Shown: piece after piece, positions 19,681 to 33,608 of the stretch
How positions within the stretch are numbered: position 1 is the first letter of the stretch
Layout of the letters: each line of letters starts with the position of its first letter
Source of the DNA: Chiloscyllium plagiosum
Taxonomy: Eukaryota
DNA: 37,775 nucleotides
Direction of reading: 5' to 3'
NCBI RefSeq assembly: GCF_004010195.1
Contig: NW_025215306.1
Location: 42,199 to 79,973, forward strand
Program-made: the position numbers and the translations under genes
Notes under the pieces: model-generated
What the model was told of the DNA's origin: nothing
The model's database searches: none
The model's input: the letters and a program-made list of their open reading frames with translations, nothing else

Positions 19681-22350
19681 TTTTTTATAGAACTTTTATT
19701 AGAAATTTAACACTTGTAAAAGTTTACAAAAATAAACAAAACTCTCAAATATAAACACTGATATGCAATTAAATCAAATATACAATAGCCAAAATTTAAC
19801 AAGAGGAGAAAAACCAAAACTCAACTATCTACTAATCTAACCTACAACTAACCAGACTGTATATTTAAGTCTCTTACATGCTTGGAATGTATTAACATCA
19901 GATGTAATAAAAACCATATTCGTGCGGGATTCCTCTCCTAAGGGGCCCTGAACCAGCCAGGTTTGTAATCTCAACTAAATAAAAGTCCTTATTAGGATAG
20001 CTGAAATATCTGTATTTATGTAATTTGAGAAGGGCTGCCATATTTCATAAAATAATTCGGTCTTTCAGTGCACCATATTTGCAAGGAAGTCAAGAGGAAT
20101 ACATTCCATAATTAATCTGTGCCAATTTGAAAGTCCAGGGGGGCCCTCAGCCACCCAGTTCACCAAAATACTTTTCCTTGCTCCAAGAATAGAAAATAGT
20201 CTCTTCCTGTACATGTCCAGGGAGAGAAAGTTCGAAAAGCCCAAAAGGAGAGACACGGGGTCCACTTTAATTTCTGTCAGGGTACTTGCTACTTTAGTCC
20301 AATATCTACAGATCTTATGACAGGTCCACAGGCAATGTACAAGAGTGCCCACCTCTATTTTGCATTTGGGACACATTGGAGATGCTCCTGCCTTAAATTT
20401 TGCCAGTCAAACCGGTGCTATATGGGCCCTATGAAGTTTCTTCAGCTGGATAGCCTGGGTTCTTTTACAGATAGTAATTCTTCTAGCGTTTTCCCAAATA
20501 TCATTCCACGTTTCTATAGAGATTTCTAGTCCCAAATCCTGATCCCATGTTTTAAGCAGATTATCCATATCTCCTGATACTTCATCATGTATTAAATGAT
20601 AAATAGTACTGACAGAAGATACCCGCACTGGTCGTAGGACACTACATTCTCTATCTGATTTATAAAGACTATCTAATAACGTAGTCTTCTTCTGTATATA
20701 ATCTCGAATTTGGAAGTATCGAAAGAGGTCTCCATTAGGTAATCTGAATTTCTGACACAGCTGTTCAAAAGACATCAGGACCCCATCCTTAAAGAGATTC
20801 CCCTAAACATGAGATAAACTCTGGAGATCCAGGGGTAAAAGTGGCATCTGTAAACCCTGGTTGGAATCCCCATGCTCCCACTATCGGTGCATAGGAGGAT
20901 GTTTTGAGTTGCCCTCATTTTGCTGCATTATATTCCAAGCCTTAATTGTGTTCAGTATTATAGGGTTTTTACAGTAATCTGCAATGATTTTCTTTTTGTC
21001 TGAAAATAAAAGGTTAATAAGTGGGTATTTTACTTGAGAGGCCTCTATGTCCACCCAGATTGTGGATCAGACAAGACCCAATCAATCAGCTATGTAACTT
21101 AATAGGGAACTTAACTGATATTTCCTAAAGTCTGGGAAGTCCAATCCTCCCCTTGTCTGTGGAAGCTGTAGCTTCTTCAGCTTAATAAGGGGCCGTCTAT
21201 GATTCCAGATAAAGGAACCCAGCTAGCCATATAACTTACGTAGAGCCGTCCTCGGCAGCATCACTGGAAGCATTCTCATAGGATATAGGAGATGGGGCAG
21301 GACATTCATTTTGATTAGTGCTATTCTACCCAACCAGGAAATTGGAAGGTCTCCCCATCGCTGGAGGCCCTGCCTTATCCCTTCCAGTAAATGCACAAAA
21401 TTAGCCTTATCCAACTGACCAAATACTGGAGTAATAAAAATGCCTAAATATAAGAAGCCCTCCAGGGACCAATGAAAGGGAAAAGGGGATCCGTCCACTA
21501 AGCGGGGTATCATAGCAAGGCCACCCATTGGCATAGCCTCAGATTTTGAAAAATTAATTTTATAGTCTGAAAATGCGCTAAATATATTAATGACTTGGAT
21601 TAGGCGAGGTATGGACATCAGAGGGTTACTGAGGAATAGAAGAACATCATCTGCATAAAGGGTAATTTTATGTTTACCTGTACCAATCCTCGGGGCCGTT
21701 ATATTAGGATCAGCTCGTATAGCTTCTGCTAGTGGTTCAATTATTAGCGTAAATAACAATGGCGAGAGGGGACATCCCTGATGGCAGCCCCTACCCACAC
21801 TGAAGCTATCCAAACCTAATCCATTGGTAACCACAACTGCTTTGGGATCACTACACAATGTTGAGACCCATTTGGTAAACACCTGACCAACGCCAAACCT
21901 TTCCAATGTGTAAAACAAATATGACCATTCAACCCTATCAAATGCCTTTACCGCGTCTAATGAAACTACTACTCCTGGTATCTTTCCATGATGGCAGGCT
22001 TGAATCTTATTCAAAACCCTTCTAATATTATTGGATGATCTACGGCCCTTAATAAACCCCGAATGATCCTCCTTTATGATATGTGGCAGCCCATTTGGTA
22101 AACACCTGTCCAACGCCAAATCTTTCCAATGTGTAAAACAAATATGACCATTCAACCCTATCGAATGTCTTTTCCGCGTCTAATGAAACTACTACTCCTG
22201 GTATCTTTCCCTGATGACAGGCTTGAATCATATTCAAAACCCTTCTAATATTATTGGATGATCTACGGCCCTTAATAAACCCCGTCTGATCCTCCTTTAT
22301 AATATGTGGCAGTACCCTTTCTAGTCTCAGTGCTAACGTTTTAGAAAGGA
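19681..22350 (-). mobile_element. 5'-truncated L1/Tx1-clade LINE (ORF2 RT to 3' end)
   Basis: KILSKTLALRL, SLDAVKAFDRVEW, GCHQGCPLSPLLF, LYADD, YLGI and WLGRIALIKMN motifs; C-terminal CPKC...HCLWTC; T-rich end at 19681; imperfect target duplication at 19665-19680 and 22347-22363. Confidence 0.92.
21867..22312 (+). repeat. 223 bp tandem duplication inside the L1
   Basis: 21867-22089 and 22090-22312 both encode the PHIIKED...VFTKW segment. Confidence 0.9.
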
Positions 22351-25300
22351 TTTATGAATATCTGTGATCACCCCATACTGCAGTGCATGCTGGGATAGTG
22401 AACCTACTCATTAATGGGTTGGAGGGTTATGGGAAATGGGCAGAAAAATGAAGTTGAGGCCAAGAGAGGGCCAGCTGTTTGTTGCAGATTAGTACAAAGC
22501 AGGCTCAGAATGGAATAGCCTACCACTATTCCAAGGCTCAGGATCTGCCCTGATACGGAGGTGGTGCCTAGAGACTGCAATACCAGGTCATTATGGAGTA
22601 GATAGAGCAAGCCCTGACTCCATCTTCTTGCTCCAAAAATATTAATGGAATACAGTCCCTAAAGAGACATATCTGAGATTGAACTGACAAATCTAATTAC
22701 ACATTGAGCCGTGTCTTTTGACTACCCTCAAGAGATGAGATGAATGTGTACAAAGGCGGCCTTGTTCCTCTACGCTACTCTGCATCCTCCTATTTACTGA
22801 GTCCCTGTGCCTGGGTGTTTCTTTTGCCTCCAACACAGGCGCACATTTTTAAGAGCAGGAGGGAAGCATTTGGTAAGATTGCTGATCTAATTGTGGTTTC
22901 AACTTAGTTTCCTCCCTAGTCCTGATACACTGTCTCCCTTGGTATTCAAAAAAATCACTCCTCCACCCTTATGACACTAGTCAATGACTACACCTTTCCC
23001 TGAAGATAATTCAACCCTCAAGAGAAAAACATCATTCCTAATCTCATCTTCAACTAGAGGACCCCTATTTTAATACATCCCCTCATTCTAGTCTCTTCCA
23101 TGAAAGGAAACATTCTTTCAGTGTTGACACTGTCATGTCCCCTCAGCATCTGTTTTATAATTGCCTCTAACTTTTCTAAACATGGGAAGAAATGCTTCCC
23201 TGTTCAACCTTTCCTCAAATCACCTCACTCCAAGAATCCATTGAGTGAACACTAACTTCAGTAAGGTGAGAGGGGAAAGTGTAGGTGTTTTTCCTGTACC
23301 TCTTTCCCCCATGAGGATGGTTGGTGCCTAGAAAACATACCACTGGTGTTGCTACCATACCTACTTTCAATGTTTTAAGGGCCATCTTGATGTTAACACA
23401 GACAGGAGGTGAACAGAGGGAGAGGAACCATTAATTGTGGGCCAAAAATCATCAGAATTGGGAATCAGTGCAGGCTTGGTGGGCTGAACAGCCTGGTCCT
23501 GTGCTGTATTGTATACATTGGCCGAAACTTTACAGAGTAATCTGAATGCAGTCTCTCCAATGCCCTGTACATGTTTACCATATTCCATTCCCTTTGAAGA
23601 AAAAAGTGTGCTGTTTATTAAAAACAGTTACTGTGCCAAAGCCATAGAAATGATACAGCACAGAAGGGTACATGCAGTCCATGTGACTCTACTGCCCCAA
23701 AGACACTAGGTGCCCTTTTCCAGTCCCATCTTCCTGAACAAAAACAGGTCTTGCTGCAGCTTACAGCAATGATGGTGAAGATGCAGGTACTTTTGTAAAA
23801 TAGCTTAGAGTCTCTGCCTCCATTAGTAACCCAGGCAGTGACCTCCAGACACCCACCACCATTTGCAGAAAATGTTTTTACTCAGGTCCTCTCATCTTTC
23901 TGCTTAGCATGAATCTATAATTCCTGGTTTTGGAACTCTCTGCCAATGAAAACAGGCTCCTCCTGTTCACCCTTTCTACCCCTTTCAACTTTGTATGCAT
24001 CAATTTTGATCCCGAGCGTTCTCTATTCCAAGGAAAACAACCCCAACCTCTACAATCTCCTATTGTCATGACAATTCTCCAGCCCTGGCAATGTTTTGTA
24101 AATCTCCTCCACTCTCTCTGGAGCAATTTCGAGCTTTCCTGGAATGTAGTGACCAGAACTGCAGAGTAGTCCAGGTGTGGCCTCCCCACTATCCTATAGT
24201 TTCATTGCATCCCTACTCTGTATTAAATCCCTTCTCCAATGAAGGAGAGCATTCCATATGCTACCTTTCCAACTATATCTACCTATACTGCTACCGTTAG
24301 GGACCTATGCACTTCCATACCATCTACCCCTCTCACTGTGTTCCCATTTATTGTTGATTTCCCTTTTACTGTTTGCTTTCTTCATGCATCACCTTGCCCT
24401 GATCATACTAACCTGCATAAAAGCATCTTGTGACACTAAGCTCCCTCTGAACCTGAGTTCTGCAATATCTCACAATTTAAGTAATAAGCTACTTTGCTTA
24501 TTCTTCCTGCTGAAGTGAACAAGATCACACTTTGCAATATTTTGCACACTCCTCCGAATCTCTCTGGATACGGTGACCTTGATATCGATTCATATGCTGG
24601 GCCCTTTCAAACTAAGTGATGGCAATTTTTTGACAGAAGTCTCCAATTGCTTGTCCACCACCATTCTGGACTGGCTGTGAAAAGAATGCTGAACAACATG
24701 TGAATACCTCACTGCTCTCAATGGTCAGATCTGCATCCAATATCATCACTAAATTGAGGGTGATATGAGAGTTGGTAATGCTCAATGATTGGCCTTGATC
24801 CTCCAGGAATTGAAAATTGCTCTCTAGATCATTGCTGTATGTGATCCTGGGAAAATAGGAAGAAATAGTGGATGTGAATACAGTTACAACATTTATGTAC
24901 TTATCTAAACGCCTTTTGAATAAGAAAGGTTTGAAGGTATTAGCCAGGAGCCGGTGTGGGGGAATGGTTTAGTTTGGGATTTTAGCACACACTGGTTGGA
25001 CTGAAGGATCTCTTTCTGTACTGTACAGCTATGACAGAATAAAGGTTTGTTTGGTTGCAATTTTTCTTGAAAACATTTTTACATCTAGTCAAGAGATGCT
25101 ATGAACAAGAATAAAGGCTGTTTATACAACAAGTCAGAAAGCTGAAGAGTTGTAGGGGGGGTGCAATCATGTCATAAAACCTCTCAGAATCCATCTGATC
25201 ACAGTTGGCAACCCTGGAGAGCCATAAAATCCTCTGCTGTGCTGCTATTGGTCACCCTCTGCAATTACATTGAAGCAGATTGATCGTCCTGATTTGATGG

Positions 25301-28240
25301 GGAGTGAGGGTCACCAGATTACACATGGAGGTTGAACAATTTTGCAGCCAAAGCGCTCAGCTCCCAGCTTTAGGGCCACTAGGATCTGTCATATACTCAT
25401 GAAAACTAGCAGGACGACCATGCCAAGCAACGAGGCAGGTGGTGTCACATCATTTGCTATTCAACAGAATGGAGAATATTACAGCTTAGTGGTATTATTG
25501 CCAGATTGTTAATCCAGAGACGCAAATAATGTTCTGGGCACCCGTGTTTAAGTCCCACCACAGCAGACGGTGAAATTGGAAGTCAATAAACGTGAAATTC
25601 AGAGTCCAAAGATGACCATGAATCCATTGTCAAATGTCAGAAAACCCCATCTAATTTACCAAGGTCCCTTAGGAAGGATCACTGCCATCCTTGGTCTGGC
25701 CTACATATGACACCAGACCCACAGCAATGTGGTTGAATCATAACTGCCCTCTGGGTAATTAGGGATGGGCAATAAATGCTGGCCCAGCCAGTGATACCCT
25801 CATCCTGTGAATGAATTAATAAAACACTTTGCTCTCCTCCCAACATCCTTGTGCTGGGCCTGCTGTAATATTACAAAGAATCACAATGCAAGCTCAAGGA
25901 ACAACACTTCATTTTCTACTGAGACACTTTACAGTTTCCAGGACTCCATACTGAATTCCACAATGTTAGACACCTGTCCTCCATTTCTCATGTATTCTCA
26001 CCAACCTCCCCTCTCCCTCAAGTCTGTATCTTGTTTATTTTGTTTCCAGCAGAGAGGACCCATTTGCTCCCTATTATGCCTTAATTTACACCCATTTTAC
26101 ATCTCTATTTCTCTTTCACCACAATTAGCAACTCCCCTTGTCTCTTGCAGTGAGTCTCTGCACCGTTTGTCCCCCTTGCTGCTCTCCCCTCCACCTCACT
26201 TTGGGTCAACAACATAAAAAAGTGTTTTCCAATGCAGCTCAGAATGGATTCTGGGTAATCCAAGATGGAGGACAGGACAAAATTGAGACTGTAAGAGCTG
26301 CTCCTTTTTTGAGGTATTTTAGGTGGTGGAGGTGATTTCCTCAAATTCCAGGAGCAGCAATTACTGTTTTATATACTGTTGCATTATTTTGGAACGCTGG
26401 GGAAAAAGATCAAAACAACAGCACTTTTAAAAGGAGGAAGACACGAAAGGCAGTGACCACATGGTCAATGATGGAGAGAGAGAAAGAAACACTGATTACT
26501 GACACAGCAGTGAATCTGCACAGTTACTGCCTTTGCTGTTTGAGTTCAAATATCTCTGGACATCGTTGTGCATCGAGGAACAATTTAAAAAACAGCAACA
26601 TTCACAGCTGACCTTGGATGAACCTGTGTGGGAGAGCTCACAGCACAGGAACAGATAAATGCATAGTTTTTAACATGTAACTTTGTAAGTCTACAGTAGT
26701 GAGTAGAATGGGTACTTGATGATTGAGATCTTTGTCCTGATTAAATTTTAAAAATATAAACCATAAGGACTAAGTTAGCCTGGAGCACTGTTTTTTTGGA
26801 TCAAAAAGACAGTGCTATTTTGTGGGTCTGTAGATTGTAAAGGAGCAAAGCAGGCCTTTTGTACAGTGATGTGTTCTTCCTGTGGGAAGGTTGGGGAGAG
26901 TTTCCATGTTACTTGTGATTCTGTCTGCAGAAAGTGCCTTTGGTTGCGAATCCAATCAGATCGCATGGATCGGTTAAAGCAGCAGTTAGAGGCAATGAGG
27001 AATTTCCAAGAGCTGGGGGGGTATGATGGATGGCAGTTATGGGAAAGGAGAAAAGCCGCAGATACAGTCAGGTGGATGGGTTAACTCCAAGAAAGATAGA
27101 AGGGGTAGGCAGGTAGTGCAGGGGACTCCTGTGGCTATCCAGATCTCAAACAATGATGCTTTTTTGGAAAATATAGGGGGTGATGGACTCTCAGGGGAAT
27201 GTAGTACAAACAGTCACGCTTCTGGTATTGAGACAGGCTCTAATGAAATGAGGGGTACATTGGGTTCCAAGCGATCAATTGTGATAGGGGCTCTCTCGTC
27301 AGAGGCACAGACAGATGTTTCTGCGGCCAGTAGCGAAAATTCAGAATGGTACGAAGGATATCTCAGAGAGGGTGCAGAGTGTTCTCAGAAGAGAGAGGGA
27401 CCAGCAGGAGGTCATTGTACACATTGGAACTAATGACATAGGAAGAGAAAGAGATGACATTCTGAAGAGAGAATATAGAAAGTTAGGAAGGTATTTAAAA
27501 AGGAGGTCCCCGAGGGGTGTAATATCTGGATTACTCCCAGTGCTATGAGCTAGAGAGGGTAGGAATAGGAGGATAGAGCAGATAAATGTGTGACTGAGGA
27601 GATGGTGCAGGACTGGAAAGGTTAACATTGTTTGATCATTGGAATCTCTTCTGGGGTAGAAGTGACCTGCACAAGAAGGATGGATTGCACCTGAATTGGA
27701 AGGGGACTAAATATACTCACAGGGAGATTTGCTTGAGCTGCTCTCGAGAGTTTATAAATTAGTAAGGTGGGGAGGTGTGGAGGATGGGTCCCAGGGAAAT
27801 AGTGAGGAAAGAGATCAATCTAAGACTGATACAGTTGGGGAAAGAAGTGAGTCAAACAGTCGGCAAGCTGGAACAAAGCAGAGAATAAGGGAGGATTGAT
27901 AAATTAAACTGCATTTGTTTCAATGCAAGGGATGTATTTGTGGGAATACATCCAGGGAGGTTTCCTGGATGGAACTGAAAAATACGAAAGGGATTATATT
28001 ATACACCCCTTAATGGTCAGCAGAAAATTGAGAAACAAATTTGTACGGAGATTTCAGTTATCTATAAGAATAAAAGGGTGGTTATGATAGGGGATTTTAA
28101 ATTTATAAACATAGACTGGGACTGCCATAGTGTTAAGGGTTTAGATGGAGAGGAATTTGTTCAGTGTGTACAAGAAGATTTCCTGATTCAGTATGTGGAT
28201 GTACCTACTAGAGAAGGTGCAATACTTGACCGACACTTGG
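22347..28240 (+). repeat. Segmental duplication unit, flank B (downstream of ZP copy 1)
   Basis: Colinear with flanks A and C, for example ggtaagattgctgat, aaaatagcttagagtctctgc and gggccactaggatctgtc. Confidence 0.88.
25487..25823 (+). mobile_element. tRNA-derived SINE, paralog of 3362-3703
   Basis: Same sequence at the equivalent position in flank B. Confidence 0.65.
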
Positions 28241-28865
28241 GTTTAATTTAGATAAAAGCAAGGTGCTGCATTTTGGAAAGGCAAATCAGCGCAGGACTTA
28301 GACACTTAATGGTAAGGACCTTGGAGTACAGGTTCACAGTTCCTTGAAAGTAGATAGGATAGTGCAGAAGGTGTTTGCTATGCTTTCCTTTATTGTTCAG
28401 AGCATTGAGTATAGGAGTTGGAAGGTCATGTTGTGGCTATACTAGGACGTTGGTTAGGCCACCTTTGGAATATTGCATGTAATTCTGGTTTCTTCTTATT
28501 GGAAGGATGTTGTGAAACTTGAAAGAGTTTAGAAAATATTTACAAGGATGTTGCCAGGGTTGGAGGATTTGAGGTATAAGGAGAGACTGAATAGGCTGGG
28601 GCTTTTTTCCCTGGAATGTCAGAGGCTGAGCGGTGACCTTGTAGAGGGGCATTGATAGGATAAATAGACAAAGTCTTTTCCCTGGGGCCAGGGAGTCCAG
28701 AAGTAAAGGGCGTAGGTTGAGGGTGAGAGGGGAAAGATATAAAGGGCCTAATGAGCAGTTTTATTATGCAGAGGGTGGTGCGTGGATGGAAAGAGCTACC
28801 AGAGGAAGTGGTGGAGGCTGGTTCAATTAAAGTTTTAAAACGCCTCAGGCTGGGTATATGAATAG
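26225..28865 (+). mobile_element. CR1 LINE, paralog of the flank A element, with internal deletions and an RT 3' end
   Basis: VMCSSC...VCRKC, VIVHIGTNDIG and DGLHLN; partial endonuclease; jumps at ~28240 to the RT C-terminus (LVRPPLEYCM...FW, QRVV..WK.LP). Confidence 0.85.
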
Positions 28866-28912
28866 TGTTATGAAGATGTAGAAGTGTACTGTACCTTTAA
28901 GAAAGTTAAAAG

Positions 28913-29412
28913 NNNNNNNNNNNNNNNNNNNNNNNNNNNNNNNNNNNNNNNNNNNNNNNNNNNNNNNNNNNNNNNNNNNNNNNNNNNNNNNNNNNNNNNN
29001 NNNNNNNNNNNNNNNNNNNNNNNNNNNNNNNNNNNNNNNNNNNNNNNNNNNNNNNNNNNNNNNNNNNNNNNNNNNNNNNNNNNNNNNNNNNNNNNNNNNN
29101 NNNNNNNNNNNNNNNNNNNNNNNNNNNNNNNNNNNNNNNNNNNNNNNNNNNNNNNNNNNNNNNNNNNNNNNNNNNNNNNNNNNNNNNNNNNNNNNNNNNN
29201 NNNNNNNNNNNNNNNNNNNNNNNNNNNNNNNNNNNNNNNNNNNNNNNNNNNNNNNNNNNNNNNNNNNNNNNNNNNNNNNNNNNNNNNNNNNNNNNNNNNN
29301 NNNNNNNNNNNNNNNNNNNNNNNNNNNNNNNNNNNNNNNNNNNNNNNNNNNNNNNNNNNNNNNNNNNNNNNNNNNNNNNNNNNNNNNNNNNNNNNNNNNN
29401 NNNNNNNNNNNN
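28913..29412. other. Assembly gap (500 N) at the axis of the inversion
   Basis: Fixed-length N run. Confidence 0.99.
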
Positions 29413-30365
29413 CAAAACAGCATTCTTATTTGAAATGGGGATACCCACAGGAGACTTCTGCACCAGCTGCCTACCCCTTCTACCTTCTCTGGAGTTAACC
29501 CATGTACCTGACTGTATCTACGGCTTTTCTCCCTTCGTATAACTGCCATCCATCATACCCCTAGTTCCTGTAAATTCCTCATTGCCTTTAACTGTTGCTC
29601 CAACTAATCCATGCGATCTGATAAGATTCACAACCAAAGACACTTTCTGCAGATATAATCACCAATAACTTGGAAACTCTCCCTAATCTCCCACATCCCA
29701 CAGGAAGAGCACATCAGTCCACTAAAGGCCATCTTTTCTCTTTCACAATCTACAGACCAACAAAATAGGACCCTTTTTTGGTCCAAAAAAAGTGCTCCAG
29801 GCTAATTTAGTCCTTTGGTTTATATTTTAAAAATTCAATCGAGATAGATCTCAATAAAACATCTCAATAATCAAGAACCCAATTGATTCACTGCTGTAGA
29901 ATTACAGCAAAGTTACATGTTAAAAACTATGCATTTATCTGTTCCTGTGCTGTGAGCTCTCCCACGCAGGTTCATCCAAGGTCAGCTGTGAATATTGCTG
30001 TTTTTTAAATTGTTCCTCGATGCACAAAGATGTCCAGAGATATTTGAACTCAAACAGCAAAGGCAGTAACTGTGCAGATTCACTGCTGTGTCAGTAATCA
30101 GTGTTTCTTTCTCTCTCTCCCTCATTGACCATGTGGTCACTGCCTTTCGTGTCTTCCTCCTTTTAAAAGTGCTGTCGTTTTGATCTTTTTCCCCAGCATC
30201 CCAAACCAATGCAACAGTATATAAAACAGTAATTGCTGCTTCTGGAATTTGAGCAAATCACTTCCAATAGATGAAATACCTCAAAAAAGGAGCAACTCTT
30301 ACAGTTTCAATTTTTTCCCGTCCTCCATCTTGAATTATCCAGAACCCTTTCTGAGCTGTGTTAGA
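29413..30365 (-). mobile_element. CR1 LINE 5' portion (flank C paralog), truncated by the gap
   Basis: Reverse complement of ~4970-5908. Confidence 0.85.
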
Positions 30366-30630
30366 AAACACAGTATGTTTTTCACACAAAGCGAGGTGGA
30401 GGGGAGAGGAACTGTGGGGGGCAAATGGTGCAGAGACTCTCTGCGAGAGACAAGGGGGTCGCTAATTGTGGTGAAAGAGAAATAGAGATGTCAAATGGGT
30501 GTAAATTAAGGCATGATAGGGAGCAAATGGGTCCTCTCTGCTGAAAATGAAATATACAAGATACAGCCTTGAGGGAGAGGGGAGATTGGTAAGAATACAT
30601 GAGAAATGGATGTTGGGAGGAGAGCAAAGT

Positions 30631-30972
30631 GTTTTATTTATTCATTCACAGGATGAGGGTATCACTGGCTGGGCCAGCATTTATTGCCCATCCCTAATTG
30701 CCCAGAGGGCAGTTATGATTCAACCATATTGCTGTGGGTCTGGTGTCACATCTAGGCCAGACCAGGTATGGATAGCAGTTTCCCTCCTTAAGGGACATTA
30801 GTGAACCAAATGGGGTTTTCTGACAATTGACAATGGATTCATAGTCATCATTGGACTCTGAATTTCAGATGTATTGACATCCAATTCCACCGTCTGCCAT
30901 GGTGGGACTTAAACACAGGTAACCAGACATTATTTGGGTGACTGGATTAACAGTCCAGTGCTAATACCACTA
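30631..30972 (-). mobile_element. tRNA-derived SINE, paralog of 3362-3703
   Basis: Reverse-complement match at the equivalent position in flank C. Confidence 0.65.
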
Positions 30973-32963
30973 ATGTACCCCCCTCTGTTGAATAGCAAGT
31001 GATGTGGCACCACCTCTCCCGTTGCTTGGCGTGGTCCTCCTACTGGTTTTCATGAGTAGAGGAGAGATCCTAGTGGCCCTAAAGCTGGGATCGGAGTGCT
31101 GTGGCTTGAAAATTGTCCAACCTGGTGACTCTCATTCCCCAATCCCCATCAAACTGCGAGAGCACTCTGCTCCAATGTATTTGCAGAGGGGTGACCAATA
31201 GCAGCACAGCAGAGGATTTTATGGATCTCCAGGGTTACCAACTGTGATCAGATAGATTCTGAGAGGTTTCATGCCATGACTTGACCCCCACTCTTCAGCC
31301 ATTTGTTGGCTAAAAGATGCATCCTTCCAACTTGCTGTATTCCTCCACCAACATCAGTGAGGTATTCACACATTGTTCCGCATTCTGCAGAGCAAAGATT
31401 TTTCACATCCTGTCAAGAATGGTGATGGATAAGCAACTGGAGACGTCCATCAAAAAACTGCCATCCCTTATGTTGAAGGGGCCCAGCCCATGAATCAACA
31501 TCAAGGTCACTGTATTGAGAGAGATTTGGAGGAGGGTGCGAAATATTGCAGAGTGTGAACTTGTTGACTCCAGCAGGAAGAATAAAAAAAAGCAGTCTAT
31601 TACTTAAATGGAGAGAAATTGCAGAACTCGCAGTTTCAGAGGGAGCTTGTGTCCTGATAGTATGATGCATGTATGTTGGTGCATCACCTTGCACTGATCA
31701 CACTAAGAGAGGGCAAACAGTAAAAGGGAATCAACAATAAATGGGAATATAGTGAGAGGGGTAGATGAAGTGAGAGATCTTGGTATGCAGGTGCATAGGT
31801 CCCTAAAGGTAGTAGTACAGGTAGATATGGTTGTGAAGGCAGCAGATGGAATGCTCTCCTTCACTGGCAAAGGGATAGAATACAAAAGTTGGGATATAAT
31901 GATGAAACTGTAAGACAGTGGTGAGGCCACACCTGGAATGTTCTGTGCAGCTCCGGTCACCACATTCCAGGAAATGTCTAATTGCTTCAGGGAGAGCAGA
32001 AGAGATTTGAGAAAATTGCCAGGGCTGGAGACTTGTGATGATGGAGAGGTTGGGGTTGTTTTCCTTGCAATAGAGAAGGCTGAGGATGTGACAAGATATA
32101 GGCATACAGAATTGTGAGGGGTGGAGACACAAAGTGGACAGGAGGAAGCTGTTTCCATTGGCAGAGTTCCAAAACCAAGGATTATAGTTCCAAGCTAAAC
32201 AGCAGAGATTAAAGACATGAGGAAGTACATGTTCTGCAGAGGGGGTGAGTGCCTGGAGCTCAATGCCTGAGTTACTAGTGGAGGCAGAGACTAAGCTATT
32301 TTGCAAAATAGCTGTACCGTCAGCAGCAGTGCTGTAAGCTGCAGCCCTACCTGCTGTGTTCAGGAAGATGGGACTGGAAAAGGGCACCTGGTGCCTTTGG
32401 GTCAGTACGGTCACAGTGGACGACACATACCCTTCTGTGCTGTATCGGTTCTATGGCTCTCAGCACAGAAACTATGCTGGAAGATAAATGGAGTGCTACT
32501 GTTAGGTAGAAAGGGAATGGAATATGGAAAACAGTTGTACAGGGCACTGGAAAGACTGCATCCAGATCACACTGCAGTTTTAGTGAACTTTTACAATACA
32601 GCACAGTAACAGGAACAGGCCCTACAGCCCACCAAGCTGCACTGACAGCGAATTCTGATTTTGACCCACTGATTTCTCTCCCTGTTAGAATTCTGTTCAT
32701 GTGACTATCAAGATGGCCTTGCCAACACCACCACTTGGCGTCTTCAACACACTCCTCACCCTCTGTGGGAAATATTTTGCCTGCATTTCACCTAAACTTT
32801 CCCTTTATTGAATAAATGATACAATGTTCACTCACAGGATTCTTGAAGTGAAGACATTTGAGGAAAGGTTGGATGGACTAAGCATGTCTTCATTCCAGTT
32901 TAGAAAACATTAGAGATAATTGTAAGACATTAAGATGCTGAGGGGATGTGACAGCAGACACTG

Positions 32964-33608
32964 AATGCAATGTTGTCTCTTATCTCAAGAGGGTTGGAAT
33001 ATAAAAGCAGAGATATACTAAGACTTTATAAAGCTCTGGTTAGGCCCCATTTGGAGTACTGTGTCCAGTTTTGGTCCCCACACCTCAGGAAGGACATACT
33101 GGCACTGGAACGTGTCCAGTGGAGATTCACATGGATGATCCCTGGAATGACAGGTCTAACATATGAGGAACGGCTGAGGATACTGGGATTGTATTCGTTG
33201 GAGTTTAGAAGATTAAGGGGAGACTTAATAGAGACGTACAAAATAATACATGGCTTGGAAAAGGTGGATGCTAGGAAATTGTTTCAGTTAAACGAGGAGA
33301 CTAGAACCCGTGGACACAGCCTTAGAATTAGAGGGGGTCATTTCAGAACAGAAATGCGGAGACATTTCTTCAGCCAGAGAGTGGTGGGCCTGTGGAATTC
33401 ATTGCCACGGAGTGCAGTGGAAGCCGGGACGCCAAATGTCTTCAAGGCCGAGATTGATAGATTCTTGTTGTCTAGAGGAATTAAGGGCTACGGGGAGAAC
33501 ACTGGTAAGTGGAGCTGAAATGCGCATCAGCCATGATTGAATGGCGGAGTGGACACGATGGGCCGAATGGCCTTACTTCCACACCTATGTCTTATGGTCT
33601 TATGGTCT
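32964..33608 (+). mobile_element. Young 5'-truncated CR1 LINE 3' end
   Basis: Open 182 aa RT C-terminus (LYKALVRPHLEYCVQFWSPH...RRLRGDLIETYKI...FFSQRVVGLWNSLP), then 3' UTR and a (tcttatgg)n tail. Confidence 0.93.

Noticed and set aside
21223..22155. 310 aa reverse transcriptase as a functional host or novel RT gene
   Set aside because: It is a fragment of a 5'-truncated, frameshifted L1/Tx1 element with a target duplication.
28845..29549. ORFs of 185-234 aa spanning the second gap
   Set aside because: Mostly N; the flanks are CR1 fragments.
32970..33518. 182 aa ORF as a cellular gene
   Set aside because: It is a CR1 ORF2 C-terminus followed by the element's 3' UTR and tail.
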